A stretch of DNA of 64,000 nt, taken from positions 1,344-65,343 of the forward strand of contig CAZIGW010000055.1 of the NCBI GenBank assembly GCA_964538565.1, written 5' to 3'. The notes beneath the pieces are model-generated. The model saw only the letters and a list, made by a program, of their open reading frames with translations. It did no database searches and was not told where the DNA came from. The DNA comes from an uncultured Hyphomicrobiales bacterium (GTDB taxonomy: Bacteria > Pseudomonadota > Alphaproteobacteria > Rhizobiales > Xanthobacteraceae). Shown one piece after another: positions 62,823 through 64,000 of the stretch. How positions within the stretch are numbered: position 1 is the first letter of the stretch; every line of letters starts with the position of its first letter. Made by a program: the position numbers and the translations under genes.

Positions 62823-63890
62823 ATGACGGAGCGGAATGACGGAACCGCGCGGGTGCGCGCCGAAGACCTCAAGGCGTTCGTGGACCGTGCCTTCCGTGCG
62901 GCCGGCATCCCGGCGGACGACGCCGTGGTGCTGGCCGACCTGATCACGCTCGCCGATCTGCGCGGATCAGATACGCACGGCATCATCCGCCTGCCGCTCT
63001 ATGTGCGGCGCCTGCGTGCCGGCGGCGTGAACCCGCGACCGCAATTCAAGATAATCGACGAGCGACCGGCGAGCGCCCTCGTCGACGGCGACAACGGCAT
63101 GGGCCATCTGGTCATGCGCTTCGCCGCGCAGCGCGCCATCGAAAAGGCGAAGACGACCGGCGTCGCCTGGGTCGGGGCGCGCATGAGCAACCACGCCGGT
63201 CCGGCCGCGCTCTACGCCATGATGGCGCTGCCGCATGACATGATCGGCATCTATCTGGCGGTCGGCAGCAACAATCATCTTCCGCCCTGGGGCGGCAGTG
63301 AGCCTTTGCTCGGCACCAATCCGATGGCGGTCGCCATTCCGACCCACGCGGAGCCGCCGATCGTGCTCGACATGTCGCCGACCGTCGCCGCCTACGGCAA
63401 GGTGCGCCGCAAGGTGCAGCTCGGCGAGGAGATGCCGGTCGGCTGGATGATCGACCGGGAGGGTCGGCCGCTGACCGATCCGCGGCGGCACGAGGAGGGT
63501 TATCTGCTGCCGATCGGCGAATACAAGGGCTACGGCCTGGCGCTGATCATCGGCCTGCTCGCCGGCACGCTGAACCGCGCCGCGTTCGGACGTCGCATGG
63601 TCGACTTCGTCAAGGAGGTCGGCGCGACCTCGAACACCGGACAGTGCATCATCGCCGTGTCGATCGTCGCCTTTTCGCCGCCGGACGAATTCAAACGGCA
63701 GGTCGACGAAGCCGTCCGCACGATCCGCGAGTCGCCACGCCTGCCGGGCGTCGAACGCATCTGGTTGCCGGGCGAGCAGAGCTACGCCAAGGAAGCGGAT
63801 CGTCGCGTCAACGGCGTTCCGTTGCCGGCGGCGCTGCGCAGGAGCCTCGACGACCTCGCGCGCGATCTCGGGGTCGAGCCGCTCTCCTGA
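62823..63890 (+). CDS. Ldh2-family (type 2 malate/L-lactate/ureidoglycolate) dehydrogenase
   Basis: Tail of ORF 62748..63890 from ATG 62823 (AGGGGAGA SD). Motifs DLRGSDTHGIIRLPLYV, SNHAGPAALYA, GEYKGYGLALIIGLLAG. Confidence 0.88.
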   Translation: MTERNDGTARVRAEDLKAFVDRAFRAAGIPADDAVVLADLITLADLRGSDTHGIIRLPLYVRRLRAGGVNPRPQFKIIDERPASALVDGDNGMGHLVMRFAAQRAIEKAKTTGVAWVGARMSNHAGPAALYAMMALPHDMIGIYLAVGSNNHLPPWGGSEPLLGTNPMAVAIPTHAEPPIVLDMSPTVAAYGKVRRKVQLGEEMPVGWMIDREGRPLTDPRRHEEGYLLPIGEYKGYGLALIIGLLAGTLNRAAFGRRMVDFVKEVGATSNTGQCIIAVSIVAFSPPDEFKRQVDEAVRTIRESPRLPGVERIWLPGEQSYAKEADRRVNGVPLPAALRRSLDDLARDLGVEPLS

Positions 63891-63918
63891 CCGAACGGCG
63901 CGCGGCGACAGCGGATCT

Positions 63919-64000
63919 TCAGCCCGCCTCCGCGTCGGGCGGATCGATCCAGCCGATGTGACCGTCGGGCCGACGGTAGACAACGTTGACCCGGCCGTGC
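63919..64000 (-). CDS. C-terminal fragment of an unidentified protein (ending resembles FAD-monooxygenase C-termini); gene runs off the window end
   Basis: Minus-strand frame reads ..HGRVNVVYRRPDGHIGWIDPPDAEAG, with the stop at 63921..63919. The RPDGH(I/V)xW ending is reminiscent of PheA/TfdB-type flavin monooxygenases. Only 27 codons are visible. Confidence 0.3.
   Translation of the reverse strand, partial: HGRVNVVYRRPDGHIGWIDPPDAEAG

Overview
High-GC (about two-thirds G+C by eye, not computed) chromosomal segment that looks alphaproteobacterial, Rhizobiales/Bradyrhizobiaceae-like. I call 56 complete CDS, one ABC ATPase interrupted by a single in-frame TAG, and two gene fragments at the window edges. 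The content is almost entirely solute import (7 ABC systems or part-systems, 1 TRAP system) and redox or catabolic enzymes. Left to right: Yip1 fragment; GMC oxidoreductase; modABC plus a signal-less TroA-like protein; a FecCD/BtuCD-type importer; sbp-cysTWA; a small exported His/Tyr/Cys-rich peptide; a QuiC-type fused 3-dehydroshikimate dehydratase with a TIM-barrel protein and dctPQM; a YdiJ-like FAD/FeS oxidoreductase; a class-V aminotransferase; a Liv-type ABC importer; an M24 hydrolase; a HIBADH-type dehydrogenase; a NitT/TauT-type ABC importer followed by a cytoplasmic LVIVD beta-propeller protein and a COG0523 (CobW-like) GTPase; an orphan NitT/TauT ATPase+permease; two IorAB-type molybdoenzymes; a Gfo/Idh/MocA protein plus an orphan CoxL-like subunit; cytochrome c plus FccB/SoxF; soxXYZA; then MBL hydrolase, SDR, MmgE/PrpD, a ferric-type ABC importer with two tandem binding proteins, crotonase, a family III CoA-transferase and an Ldh2-type dehydrogenase. 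I recognised no rRNA, tRNA, CRISPR, IS/transposase/integrase/phage genes, and no transcription factor. Many very long ORFs in the track (up to 1695 aa) lie antisense to real genes and are GC-driven artefacts. Best candidates for undescribed biology: (1) a Sox-like module whose SoxY carrier ends in an AACVE arm instead of GGCGG, lacks SoxB/SoxCD, and is strung behind a Tat-exported XDH-family molybdoenzyme; (2) the cytoplasmic LVIVD propeller plus COG0523 metallochaperone pair behind a NitT/TauT importer. All calls rest on by-eye motif recognition and reading-frame logic. No database search was possible.
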